From Candidatus Aldehydirespiratoraceae bacterium (GTDB lineage: Bacteria > Actinomycetota > Acidimicrobiia > Acidimicrobiales > Aldehydirespiratoraceae), in assembly GCA_965214565.1 (NCBI GenBank), contig OZ243951.1, positions 2,579,166 to 2,643,165 on the forward strand: 64,000 nt of DNA, given 5' to 3'. The translations under genes were made by a program, and so were the position numbers. The notes beneath the pieces were generated by a model. That model made no database searches. It saw nothing but the letters and a program-made list of their open reading frames with translations, and was not told where the DNA came from. This document shows, one piece after another, positions 49,724-60,354 of this stretch (position 1 is the first letter of the stretch; each line of letters opens with the position of its first letter).

Positions 49724-52385
49724 CGGCAATAGCACGGCTGACTTCTTCACGGGTGGCGGTGCCTTCTTCGAGCATGGCCGACAGGACCGCAACGACCACG
49801 TTGCGGGCATCGATCTCAAAGAACCGACGAAGTGCTTCGCGGGTGTCGGAACGACCGAACCCGTCGGTTCCGAGGACATGCAGCGGGCGGGGCGTCCAGC
49901 GCGCGATCTGGTCGGGTACCAGGGTCATCCAGTCCGACACGGCCACTATCGGTCCTTCGCTGTCGGCAAGCCTCCGGGCTACGTTGGACAACTCGGGTGC
50001 GCGCTCGGGCGACAGCCGGTTGCGACGTTCCACGTCCAGCGCATCGGCGCGGAGTCGTTTGTAGGAGGTGACGCTCCAGAGTTCGGCGCCGATGTCGTAT
50101 TCGTCGGCAAGTATCTGTTGGGCCTCGCGCGCGGCGAGGTTCAGGGTTCCCGAGAAGAGGATGGTTGCACGGCGTTCCGGCCCGTCGGGACCGTCGTCGA
50201 ACTTGTAGATCCCGTCGGTGATGTCACGGTCCTGCACATGGTCGGGCCGCGGCGGCTGTTCGTAGTTCTCGTTGTAGATCGTGATGTAGTAGAACACGTC
50301 CTCACCGTCGGCTGAGCGCCCGTCGGGGTACATCCGGTGCAGACCGTGGCGCAGAATCGTGCCGAGTTCGTAGGCGAAGGCGGGGTCGTAGGCCTCGCAC
50401 GAGGGGACCGTGGAGGCCAACAGCATGCTGTGGCCGTCCTGATGCTGCAGCCCCTCGCCCAACAGCGTGGTCCGGCCGGCGGTGGCACCCATCAGGAAAC
50501 CGCGCGTTCGAGCGTCAGCTGCTGCCCACAGCGAATCGCCCACCCGCTGGAAACCGAACATCGAGTAGAACGTGTAGAACGGGACCATTGGAACACCGCT
50601 GTTGGCAAAGGCGGTGCCGGCCGCGATCCACTCGGCAGTGGAACCGCACTCGGTGATGCCCTCCTCGAGGATCTGTCCGTCCTCGGATTCGGCGTAGGAC
50701 AGCAACAGGTCGTGGTCGACCGGTTCGTAGAGTTGGCCCTGCGGCGCGTAGATCCTGAACTCGCGGAACAACGAGTCCATTCCGAAGGTTCGGGCTTCGT
50801 CGGGGACGATCGGCACCACCCGTTCACCGAACCGCTTGTCTCGGAGCAGGTCCCGCAACACTGCGGTGAAGGCCATGGTGGTCGACACAGGCCGCCCCGA
50901 AGACCCCTTCTGAAGGTCTAGGAAGGGTGTTTCGTTCGGCAGCTTGAGCGGTCGCCGGTCGCGCACGATGCGGCTCGGCAGGGGCCCGTCTAGGGCGCGC
51001 CGCCGCCCCATCAGGTACTCGCGCTCCTCTGAGTCTGGTGACGGCCGGTAGTAGGGCGGTATCCCGTCTTCGAGCGACTCTTCGGAGATCTCGTCCTCCA
51101 TCTGGAGCCTGGCGCGCAGTTCCAGGAGTTGTGCCTTGGTCATCTTCTTGATCTGGTGGGTGGCGTTGCGTCCCTCGAAGCCTTCACCGAGGGTCCAGCC
51201 CTTGATGGTCTTGGCGAGGATCACTGTCGGCTGTCCGGTGGTCTGGGCGGCGGCTTTGAACGCCGCGTAGACCTTCTGGTAGTCGTGGCCCCCGCGGGGA
51301 AGTTCCTTGAGGTCGTCGTCGTTGAGATGCACGACGAGTTTGCGCAGTCTCGGGTCGGGTCCGAAGAAGTTCTCGCGGATGTAGGCGCCGTCCTCGACCG
51401 CGAAGCGCTGGTACTCGCCGTCCACCGTCTCGGCCATCTTGTTGAGCAGCACCCCGTCGACGTCGCGGTGGAGCAGTTCATCCCAACGGCTCCCCCATAT
51501 CACCTTGATGACGTTCCAACCTGCGCCGCGGAATACTCCTTCGAGCTCCTGGATGATCTTGCCGTTGCCTCTCACGGGACCGTCGAGCCGCTGCAGGTTG
51601 CAGTTGACGACCCATTTCAGATTGTCGAGTCCAGAGCGGCCTGCCAACGAGATGGCTCCCAGGGTCTCGGGTTCGTCGCATTCGCCGTCGCCGAGGAAAC
51701 TCCAGACATTGCTCTGTGACGTGTCGTCGATCTTGCGTTGGTGCATGTAGCGGTTGAATCTGGCGTGGTAGATCGAATTGATCGGACCCAGGCCCATCGA
51801 GACCGTGGGGTACTCCCAGAACTCCGGCATCAGGCGGGGGTGCGGATAGCTTGAGAGGCCGTTGCCGCCGACTTCCATACGGAAGTTGTCGAGCTGCTGT
51901 TCGTTGAGGCGCCCTTCAAGGTACGCACGTGCGTAGATCCCGGGTGCAGCATGACCCTGGAAGTAGACGTGGTCGCCGGGAAGTCCGTCCTCCTTGCCTC
52001 TGAAGAAATGGTTGAAGCCGACTTCGTAGAGCGCCGCGCTCGAGGCGAACGTCGACAGGTGGCCTCCGATGCCGTCGGCGGTCTTGTTGGCACGGATAAC
52101 CATCGCCGCAGCGTTCCAGCGGATTATCGCACGGATGCGGCGTTCGATGTTCTCGTCTCCGGGGAAGAAGGGCTGTGACTCAGCGGGGATGGTGTTGATG
52201 TAGGGCGTGCCGGTCGTCGGGGGAACGCCGATCTGCAGTTCATTGGACCGTTCGAGAAGCTTGGCGAGCAGGTATCGGGCCCGAGCCTGGCCCTGCCCGG
52301 CGTGGACAGCATCGAGGGAGTCGATCCATTCGGTGGTCTCGTCGGGGTCGATGTCGGGCAGTTGGCGGGAGAAATGGTCAGCCAT
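49668..52385 (-). CDS. aceE: pyruvate dehydrogenase E1 component (homodimeric)
   Basis: GHLSTFASSAALYEVGFNHFFRGK; GDGECDEPETLGAI; ATG 52385 assumed in ORF 49668..52556. Confidence 0.95.
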   Translation of the reverse strand: MADHFSRQLPDIDPDETTEWIDSLDAVHAGQGQARARYLLAKLLERSNELQIGVPPTTGTPYINTIPAESQPFFPGDENIERRIRAIIRWNAAAMVIRANKTADGIGGHLSTFASSAALYEVGFNHFFRGKEDGLPGDHVYFQGHAAPGIYARAYLEGRLNEQQLDNFRMEVGGNGLSSYPHPRLMPEFWEYPTVSMGLGPINSIYHARFNRYMHQRKIDDTSQSNVWSFLGDGECDEPETLGAISLAGRSGLDNLKWVVNCNLQRLDGPVRGNGKIIQELEGVFRGAGWNVIKVIWGSRWDELLHRDVDGVLLNKMAETVDGEYQRFAVEDGAYIRENFFGPDPRLRKLVVHLNDDDLKELPRGGHDYQKVYAAFKAAAQTTGQPTVILAKTIKGWTLGEGFEGRNATHQIKKMTKAQLLELRARLQMEDEISEESLEDGIPPYYRPSPDSEEREYLMGRRRALDGPLPSRIVRDRRPLKLPNETPFLDLQKGSSGRPVSTTMAFTAVLRDLLRDKRFGERVVPIVPDEARTFGMDSLFREFRIYAPQGQLYEPVDHDLLLSYAESEDGQILEEGITECGSTAEWIAAGTAFANSGVPMVPFYTFYSMFGFQRVGDSLWAAADARTRGFLMGATAGRTTLLGEGLQHQDGHSMLLASTVPSCEAYDPAFAYELGTILRHGLHRMYPDGRSADGEDVFYYITIYNENYEQPPRPDHVQDRDITDGIYKFDDGPDGPERRATILFSGTLNLAAREAQQILADEYDIGAELWSVTSYKRLRADALDVERRNRLSPERAPELSNVARRLADSEGPIVAVSDWMTLVPDQIARWTPRPLHVLGTDGFGRSDTREALRRFFEIDARNVVVAVLSAMLEEGTATREEVSRAIADAGIDPYRPDPAHPDTGA

Positions 52386-52387
52386 AT

Positions 52388-53176
52388 GTGTGTCTATTCT
52401 CGCAGGACTTTTCGGCTTTGGTTGAAGCTGTTGCCGGTTTTGCCGAAGTGCACTGTGCGTTCGGAAGAGGCCGTGCGCTCGGGAGACCGTGTTCGGGAGG
52501 GGGAGTGGTTGGAAGTCTCGGACAGAAGTTGCACAATGGGCGCATCGGTACTTCACCCAGCAATCCGGTCCCAGTCAGGACGGTCTTTACCGACGGTGCC
52601 TGTCAGGGCAATCCCGGCCCCGGTGGTTGGGGCTGGGTGGTGCCCGACGGTCCCTGGGCCAGTGGTGCACAGGAAGTGACGACCAATCAGCGGATGGAGT
52701 TGACGGCGGCTCTCGAAGCGGTGCGAGCGTTGGGCGGTCCGCTTCAGGTGGTTTCCGATTCGACCTATGTTGTTCACTGTTTCCGTGACCGCTGGTGGGC
52801 TGGATGGCTGCAGCGCGGGTGGCGAACCTCCTCCAAGAAGCAGGTCTCCAACCGAGACCTGTGGGAACCTCTGATCGACTTGTACCGCAAAGCATCCGAT
52901 GACATCAGCTTCGTCTGGGTCAAGGGGCACTCCGGCAACCGCTGGAACAATGTTGCAGACCACCTCGCGGTTGAAGCCGCGCGAGCTCAGACGGGTGCTG
53001 GAGGCGAGGACCTGAACGGCATCGACCTGGGAAGGTTCGGCCTCTCCGGCGGCTCAGGCACCGGCAGCCAAGGCATCGGCAGCCCAGGCAGCCCAGGCGA
53101 CTCAGCAGGATCAGGCAGTCTCAGCCTGCCGGGACTTGAGCCTCCCGAAGAGGAAGAGGAACTCAAGCTTTTCTGA
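52388..53176 (+). CDS. rnhA: ribonuclease HI with Gly/Ser/Pro-rich C-terminal tail (start uncertain)
   Basis: VFTDGACQGNPGPGGWGWV; TTNQRMELTAALEAV; WVKGHSGNRWNNVADHLA. Confidence 0.9.
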   Translation: MCLFSQDFSALVEAVAGFAEVHCAFGRGRALGRPCSGGGVVGSLGQKLHNGRIGTSPSNPVPVRTVFTDGACQGNPGPGGWGWVVPDGPWASGAQEVTTNQRMELTAALEAVRALGGPLQVVSDSTYVVHCFRDRWWAGWLQRGWRTSSKKQVSNRDLWEPLIDLYRKASDDISFVWVKGHSGNRWNNVADHLAVEAARAQTGAGGEDLNGIDLGRFGLSGGSGTGSQGIGSPGSPGDSAGSGSLSLPGLEPPEEEEELKLF

Positions 53177-54062
53177 GAGCGTGCCGCAGTGCATCGGCGA
53201 GATCCGGTTGACAGAACTGGTAGCCGCCGGCCAACAACGCTGCGGGTTCTACTCGCTGGCCGGCGTACAGCAGCTGCTGGGTCAGCTCCCTTCCGAACTT
53301 GGCCCACATCACCGCTTTGGGCGTCGGCAGAACTGTTGGACGCCCCAGCACCTGTCCGAGGGTCTTGGTGAACTCTGCGTTGGTGACGGGATTGGGTGCT
53401 GTCATGTTGACAGGTCCGCTGACGTCTTTGTCGAGGAGCCAGATGATGCCCTGCACCATGTCCTGGATTGATATCCAACTCAGCCATTGGCATCCGTCGC
53501 CGATGCGTCCGCCGATTCCGAGTTTGAAGAACGGGAGTTGGGCCTTCAATGCGCCTCCGTCGGGCGCCAACACCACACCGGTGCGAAGATATGTGAGCCG
53601 AGTGGATTCCTGTGCGGGAACAGCAGCCCGTTCCCAGGCGCGCACGACGTCCGCGAGGAAGCCTTCCCCGGCTGAGCTGATCTCATTGAGTCGCTCGCCT
53701 CCCCGGTCTCCGTAGAGGCCGATGGCCGAACCCGACAGGAACACCGACGGAGGGTTCTCGGCAGCGGCGATCGCGTTCGCCAACAGCGCCGTAGTCGTGG
53801 TCCTGCTCTCGAGTATCCGGGTCTTCTGGGCTTCGCTCCAGCGTCTGTCCGCAATCGGTTCTCCGGCTAGGTGTACCACCGCGTCGATGTCTTCAAGGGA
53901 GTCTTCAGCCAACTTGCCGGACGCGGGATTCCAGAATCTGGCTTCGGTGTGGTCGTCGGTGCCGGACCGCAGTAGACGAACCGGTGTGTGGCCTGCGGCT
54001 TGCAGCGCCTTGACCAGCGATGTCCCGATCAATCCGGTGGACCCGCTCACCAGTACTCGCAT
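53163..54062 (-). CDS. TIGR01777-type epimerase (SDR family)
   Basis: MRVLVSGSTGLIGTSLVKALQAAGHTPVRLLR; VVHLAGEPIADRRWS; FLSGSAIGLYG. Confidence 0.93.
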   Translation of the reverse strand: MRVLVSGSTGLIGTSLVKALQAAGHTPVRLLRSGTDDHTEARFWNPASGKLAEDSLEDIDAVVHLAGEPIADRRWSEAQKTRILESRTTTTALLANAIAAAENPPSVFLSGSAIGLYGDRGGERLNEISSAGEGFLADVVRAWERAAVPAQESTRLTYLRTGVVLAPDGGALKAQLPFFKLGIGGRIGDGCQWLSWISIQDMVQGIIWLLDKDVSGPVNMTAPNPVTNAEFTKTLGQVLGRPTVLPTPKAVMWAKFGRELTQQLLYAGQRVEPAALLAGGYQFCQPDLADALRHALRKA

Positions 54063-54158
54063 CGTCGTCCTCCCATCTCACTTCTCGTGCTTGGTCGAGT
54101 CAGCCTCTATGCTTGCGCGAATCATAGAGTGCCGAGTTCTTCAGGGAAAGGCCCAAAG

Positions 54159-54395
54159 GTGTCAGACGAACAGGTCAACCAACGGAGAACAAGGCCCGGA
54201 CTCGGCAAGTTCGTCGCTGCTGCGCTGGTGGCTGCGGCGCTGGTCGCTTTCGTGGTTCAGAACACCGACAGTACTCCGGTTCAGTGGTTCTTCATCGACC
54301 GCAGTGCACCGTTGTGGCTGATCATTGTGGTGTCAGCAGTCGCCGGCGCCGTTCTCAGCGAGATTCTGGGCTGGATCATCCGCCGCCGCCGTTGA
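54159..54395 (+). CDS. LapA/DUF1049-family membrane protein
   Basis: VAFVVQNTDSTPVQWFFIDRSAPLWLIIVVSAVAGAVLSEILGWIIRRRR. Confidence 0.8.
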   Translation: MSDEQVNQRRTRPGLGKFVAAALVAAALVAFVVQNTDSTPVQWFFIDRSAPLWLIIVVSAVAGAVLSEILGWIIRRRR

Positions 54396-54456
54396 GGGTC
54401 CCGGAACTGAGCGACACGCGACTCGTGCTGCACCCCACCCGAGCGACGGTCCCTCG

Positions 54457-54918
54457 CTAGTTGATGCTGACCACAACGCTGACGATGGCGACGCACAGTA
54501 CCAGCAGCGTCAAGAAGTTGGCGTAGAAGACGCTCGCTCGCCGCTCCGAGGCTTTGGCCGCCTGCTCGACAATCCCGGCGAGAGCAAGGTGGACAGTAGC
54601 AAAGCCTTCCCTCATCTCGGCGCGGACCGTGTTGAGACCGACTTCCAAGTTGGTCCTGGTTGACTCCTCAAGGGCCTTGAGGTCCTCTTTGGTGGCGAAC
54701 TTCTCGGCTAACCTCTCAAGGTCTTCTTTGGTGGCGAACCTCTCGGCTAACCGTTCAAGGTCTTCTTTGGTGGCGAACTGTTCCCAGCCGCCTGGTGGAT
54801 GGTTATCCATAATGTAATGCGCCTGTTCAGGGCCTAGTTTTTCAACCAGTCTCTCGAAAATCGCTACTCGTTGCTGCTCAGCTTCGATATAGGACACTAC
54901 TAGACACCTCCCTGCCAA
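54457..54918 (-). CDS. coiled-coil protein with FATKEDLERLAER repeats and C-terminal TM helix
   Basis: FATKEDLERLAERFATKEDLERLAEKFATKEDLKALEES...; terminal hydrophobic FLTLLVLCVAIVSVVVSI. Confidence 0.75.
   Translation of the reverse strand: MAGRCLVVSYIEAEQQRVAIFERLVEKLGPEQAHYIMDNHPPGGWEQFATKEDLERLAERFATKEDLERLAEKFATKEDLKALEESTRTNLEVGLNTVRAEMREGFATVHLALAGIVEQAAKASERRASVFYANFLTLLVLCVAIVSVVVSIN
54681..54779 (-). repeat. 39-bp (13-aa) tandem repeat, about 2.5 copies
   Basis: CTTTGGTGGCGAAC.. recurs at 54687, 54726 and 54765 (offset 39). Confidence 0.9.
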
Positions 54919-55179
54919 TTCAGGAATGTTGCGCTTGGATCAGGGGGAAGTCTGAACACTGCCTGTGCGACGCCGCGCCGCCTATCGCGGACCATGATAC
55001 ACAAAAGATAACTAAGATCATTGTTTAGCATTGAAATTCTTGAGAGCCGACCCTAGCCTCCAGTGCCTGGATCCACCGGTGAGGGCCGTGACGACCAGCA
55101 AGGCTGTCGGCGCTTGTTGCGATCGAATCGCAGAGCCGGTAGCGCGGCAACGCTGGGATCTGGTTAGGGTCGTCGGTTC

Positions 55180-58100
55180 GTGAACAACTTCCTCCTTGAT
55201 CGCGATCCGACGACTTGGGCAGCACCGGAGCGGTTTCCGTCTGCGCTTGTCCCTGGCGGAGTGTTCGTCCAGGACGCACCGAGCGGCTTGGAGGTGACGG
55301 TGGTCCGCGCTACGCGGCGGCCGTCCGCTGCGGACTTGCGCGACGGATGGTCGAAACGGCGGGCTGGCCGCGCCAGCCCTGTGCTGCTCGTGGCGTTCTA
55401 CCCGACGACCGAAGGCGAGCGGGTGTCTCTGTGTGGTCCAATCGGAGACCCGCCGCTGGTGCATCGCGACCTCGAGGTCTCGCAGGTCGAGAGACTGGCT
55501 GAAGTTGCACTGAGTGAGCCGAGCCACCATGCCGCCACTCGCTTCCTGCTGGCAGCGGCCTCGGAGTTGGACTCCCCGTTTCCGGGTCTCCGAAACGTCG
55601 GTTTGTTGGCGACCCAGGAGCTCAGAGTCGGCGTTCCTGATCGGCCCGACTGGGTTTCGGCCACCCGCAAGGCCTCAGTCTTGCTGGGAAGGCGGGGGCG
55701 TCGTCTGGTTGAGGGCCTGGGGTTCCGAATCGAAACTTTGTCTACCAACGCCCAGATGCTCACAATCAACAACCGCAAGCACGCGGTGGCGGTGTTCTGT
55801 GATGACGACGAGCCTTTCGAGGCGCCGTCGGGCCGGTTCGACAACACCTCACCGGTTTCTAGGGCGCTTGCCCTGGCCGATCAGGAGCGGGTCGATTGGG
55901 TGATCCTCACACGATCCTCGGAGATCCGCCTCTACGCCGCCCGTCCCGACACTGGCGTGGGTCGGAAGGGCCGGGCTGAGACGTTCGTGGAATTGAACCT
56001 TTCCTTGGTTCCCGACGATTTCGCGGGCTATCTCCAATTGCTGTTCTCCGCCGACGCCCTTCGCGACGACGGCACCCTCGAGCAGATTCTTGAGCGGTCG
56101 GCTGACTATGTTGCCGAGTTGGCTGTTCGCTTGCGTGAACGGGTGTACCACGAAACGGTGCCGACCCTGGCCAGAGCCGTCGCCGCTCGGCTCCAATCTG
56201 AACCGGGCAGCGAAGGCTTGAACGAGAGCGACCTGGCCGGAGCCTACGAGCAGGTGATGGTGATCCTGTTCCGGCTGTTGTTCGTGGCCTATGCCGAGGA
56301 CAAGGACCTGTTGCCCTACCGCTCCAACGGCAAGTACGCGGACCACTCGCTGTCGCACAAGGCCCGTCTGCTCGCGGAGGATCGCCACAAGGGCGCAGAC
56401 GACTACGACGCGGGCTCCACTGATCTGTGGGACGACGTGAAGCAACTGTGGGGTGCAGTCAATCTGGGCAACCGCGACTGGGGCGTGCCTGCCTACAACG
56501 GTGGCCTCTTTTCTTCTGATCCCCAGGTGAGTCATTCGGGGGCGGCCATTGCTGAGATCACACTCAACAACGCCGAGTTCGGCCCAGCCCTGTCAGCAGT
56601 GCTGGTGGACGAGGGGTCCGAGGCCGAGGGCGTGGGCCCGGTGGACTTCCGCTCTCTGTCGGTGCGGGAGTTCGGCACCATCTATGAAGGCCTGTTGGAG
56701 TCGAAGCTGTCGGTGGCCCAAGACGACTTGACCGTCAAGTCCATCAAGGGCAAGGAGAATTACGTACCCGCCTCCGATGATGACGAGGTGGAGGTGCGAG
56801 CAGGTGAGGTGTACTTCCACAACCGTTCCGGTGTCCGTAAGGCAACCGGCTCCTACTTCACCAAGCCGTTCGCTGTCGAGCACCTGCTCGACAGCGCCCT
56901 TGAACCGGCCCTAGACGATCACATCGCCCGCTTGGACGGCCTGCGGGAATCCGGTGACGACGCCGCGTTGGCCGAGGCGTTCTTCGACTTCCGATGTGCC
57001 GACATAGCCATGGGCTCGGCTCACTTTCTGGTGGCCGCGGTCGACCGCATCGAGGCCCGCCTGTCTGCGTGGTTGACCCTTCATCCCGTCGCGGCGGTGA
57101 CTGCGGAACTCAACCGGCTGCGCAACACAGCGCTCGAGGCGCTGGGCGATCTCGCCGACGCCACCGAAGTCGAACAGTCTTCCCTGCTGCGCCGCCAGGT
57201 GGCCCGGCACTGCATCTATGGAGTCGACAAGAACAGCGTCGCTGTCGAACTGGCCCGGCTCGCGATCTGGGTACACACCTTCGTTCCCGGTTTGCCGCTG
57301 TCGTTCCTCGATCACAACCTCGTCCAAGGCGACAGCCTGACCGGCGTGGCTTCGGTCGACGATGCAGCTGCCGCCGTGAAGCCGAGGGGAAGCAGAGCGG
57401 ATTCGTCGTTGTTCGTGTATCTGTTGGAGGAACTGCTGGAAGAGTGTCTGGGGCCGTTGGCCAGGCTCGGGCGCCTCAACGATGCCGACAAGTCCGAGAT
57501 CGACGAAGCACGCGCCGCGCGCGCAGAGACCCGCGAAGCTGTCGCACCGGTCAGGTCGGTGTTCGATGTGGCTTCCGCGGTTCGTGCCGGGGCCATCAAG
57601 ATTCACAGCGATTTCGATTTCAGCCCGGAGAGCATCGCCGCGTTGGCGCAGGAACCAGAAGTTCAGGAAGCTGTCCGCCGGCTCACGCCCGTCCACTATC
57701 CGACAGCTTGGCCTGAGGTGTTCGCCCGAACCGGAAAGAGCGGCTTCGACTGTCTGCTCGGCAACCCACCCTGGGAGAAGGTAGTGGTGGACCGAGAGGT
57801 CTGGTGGGGCATGCACTTGCCCGGTGTCCGCGCGCTTCCGGTGGCGAAGCGCCGCGCACAGATTGATGCTCTGGAGGCTGCTCGGCCGGATCTGGCTGCT
57901 GAGTTCGAGAATGAGCACAAGCGGACTGAAGCATTGAAGTTGGTGCTGCGAGCCACGTTCGCGAACCTCGGTTCTGGCCAGACCGATCTCTATAAGGCCT
58001 TTGCCTGGGCGAATTTCGCACTCTGCAGTGAAGGCGGAAGGCTCGGTATTGTGCTTCCCCGTTCGGCTGTGTCAGATGCGGGCATGGCCAACTGGCGCAA

Positions 58101-59598
58101 GGAGATCGTCGCCGTACCTACCGGAGGCGCACAGGTCCGCGCGGGGGGGGGGGGGGGGTGTCGACGCGAATATCGGTGGCGACCGTCATCAACCACAAGG
58201 GATGGGTGTTCGAGGGGGTCCACAACTCCTACACGGTGGCGCTGGTGGCGGTCACCCGATCCTCTCGGTCGTCACCTGCCTCAACACCAAGCAGTGGGCG
58301 TTCGACGGTCTCGACGGCCGATACACGGTCGCGCTGGTCTCGGTACGAAAGCTCAACCGCAGAGCTGAACCAAGGGGGTGGCTTTGACGGCGACCCCGAC
58401 GAGCCCCACGTTGCCGTCTACCCGGGGCCTGCGAGTTCACTGACCCAGTTTCACGAGTTGGTGGACGGTAAACCCGAGCTGATCCCAGTCTCTGAGTTCA
58501 CGCGGTGGTCCAACACTGCCGCGTTCCCCCAGATACCGACCCGCCCTGCCTTTCGGGTATGGCGCAAGATCAAGGCGCATCCCCGCTTCGACGGTGCAGA
58601 TCTGCACACACACACACACACACACCGCTGGCGATTCCGTCCGGTCCAAGGCGATCTCAACTCAACGAACGACAGAAAGAGGTTTCTCAAGGACGACGGG
58701 CGTGGGGCTTCCATCCAGTCTCCGAACTTCACTCGACTCACGACAGGTCCAGATTCGTGAGCGACGATGGTATTTCCGCCCGTCACGAGAACTCGACTCC
58801 ACCAATGACAGGAAACGGTTCATGAAAGACGATGGAGCGGCCGCAGGCACAGCAACCCCAACGAATCTCGTCTGGCCTGTTTGCTCTGGAAAGAGTTTCA
58901 ACCTCTGGCGGCCGGATACAGGCGACTATTACGACAGCGTTGTTGCCGCGAGTATCACCGCGCACCTACAAGAAAAGCGATATCGGCGGAGCAGAGTCAA
59001 GTCTTCAGCTTTCTCTCAGATCGATGAAGCGCTGCTGGCCGATCCAACAACTCTGGCCTGCATGAGAGCAAGGATCGTATTTCGCAGGGTAGCTAGGACT
59101 ACCGATACTCGTACTTTTGTGTGCGCCCTTGTCCCACCCCACAGAGTCACCACAGAAGCCGCCTCCTATTTCGAACAGGTCCGAGGGGAGATATCCGACG
59201 AAGCGTATCTGTTGGGGCTTCTGTCGTCGATGATTTTCGATTGGCAACTCCGCCGTGTCATGGAATTGACCCTCAGTTTTACGGATCTTATGGCGACATC
59301 CCTCCCCGACCCTGGTAAGGGTCACCCGGTGCGTGATCGGGTTGTTGCGCTTGCTGGGCGGCTCGCCGCGACGGATGAGAGGTATGCGGATTGGGCTGCC
59401 GAAGTCGGTGTACCTATCAGGTCAGCGAACGATGAGGAGACCAAGCAGGACCTGATCTGCGAACTCGACGCGTGCGTCGCCCACCTCTACGGGTTGGATG
59501 AAGACGACCTCGCGGTGATCTACGAGACCTTCAGCGAAACCGTCGACTACACCGACCGCTACGCGGCGGTCCTTCAACACTTCAGGAGGTTGGCATGA
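55180..59598 (+). CDS. Eco57I/PglX-like N6-adenine DNA methyltransferase, reading frame interrupted several times between about 58130 and 58830
   Basis: ORF 55180..58368 with SYFTKPFAVEHLLD, ADIAMGSAHFLVAAVDRI, FDCLLGNPPWEKVV; C-terminal part in 58158..58760 and 58594..59598 (LVWPVCSGKSFNLWRPDTGDYY). Confidence 0.85.
58143..58158 (+). repeat. G16 homopolymer inside methyltransferase coding region
   Basis: gc + 16 g + tgtcgacg; frame 1 upstream and frame 0 downstream carry the homology. Confidence 0.95.
58605..58624 (+). repeat. (CA)10 dinucleotide tract inside methyltransferase coding region
   Basis: tctg(ca)10c; translated as HTHTHTH between FDGADL and RWRFRPVQGDLN. Confidence 0.95.
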
Positions 59599-60314
59599 GC
59601 AATGCATACGATGAATCGGCCGATCAGATCGGTTGCATCGACGGCTCGGTCCTTCGTGTAACCATGTGCGGAACGGAGGTCCACCTGAAATTCGGTGACA
59701 AGATCGCGCCGCTTTCCCATATGGCAGTTGAGCGCCTAACGACGCTGCTGCAATCAAAGAGCCGAGACAGTCCTGTATCGGTCGCAGCACCGAAAGGGCC
59801 GTCTCGACGCATGGGCGCGGCTGTCAATCCCGGTGTTGCCGAACTCCTCGGGACCGGTCTCGTCGACGACGGCACCGTACTCACGCTTCGCCACCGTGGA
59901 ATTGAGCACACCGCGACTGTGAGCGCGAACGGTCAGATCGCATTCGACGGACGTCTCTACGACAGCCCGTCGGGTGCTGCACAGGCTGCTTGTGAGGGTG
60001 CATCCGTGAACGGCTGGACCGCATGGAAGCTCTTCGACGGTTCGGCTATCGACGAGAAGCGCTGGCTGTTTCGCGCCGGTGACTTTCCGGGCCAAGGCCA
60101 CAGCTACGCGGATTCCAGCGCAAAGGAAATGCGACAAATTGCCCTCAGGTGGGTGGAGCACGCACTAGATGCCCGTCTTGACCCAGCCGAACCCGGCGAC
60201 GAAGTTGAGGTCTTTCTTGGCGGCCATGGGTATGCGGAAAGCACCTTGGAGTCGTATCGAAGGCACCTCCGTAATTGGCGAGACCTTTACGGCGGTGGCG
60301 CGGCAGAGCGATGA
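59595..60314 (+). CDS. RAMA-like (restriction-system modified-DNA reader) domain protein
   Basis: VAELLGTGLVDDGTVLTLRHRGIEHTATVSANGQIAFDGRLYDSPSGAAQAACEGASVNGWTAWKL; overlaps methyltransferase stop. Confidence 0.7.
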   Translation: MSNAYDESADQIGCIDGSVLRVTMCGTEVHLKFGDKIAPLSHMAVERLTTLLQSKSRDSPVSVAAPKGPSRRMGAAVNPGVAELLGTGLVDDGTVLTLRHRGIEHTATVSANGQIAFDGRLYDSPSGAAQAACEGASVNGWTAWKLFDGSAIDEKRWLFRAGDFPGQGHSYADSSAKEMRQIALRWVEHALDARLDPAEPGDEVEVFLGGHGYAESTLESYRRHLRNWRDLYGGGAAER

Positions 60315-60354
60315 GCGCCTCTCAACTCGAGCACTGCGGGGATTCGCCTGGTTT

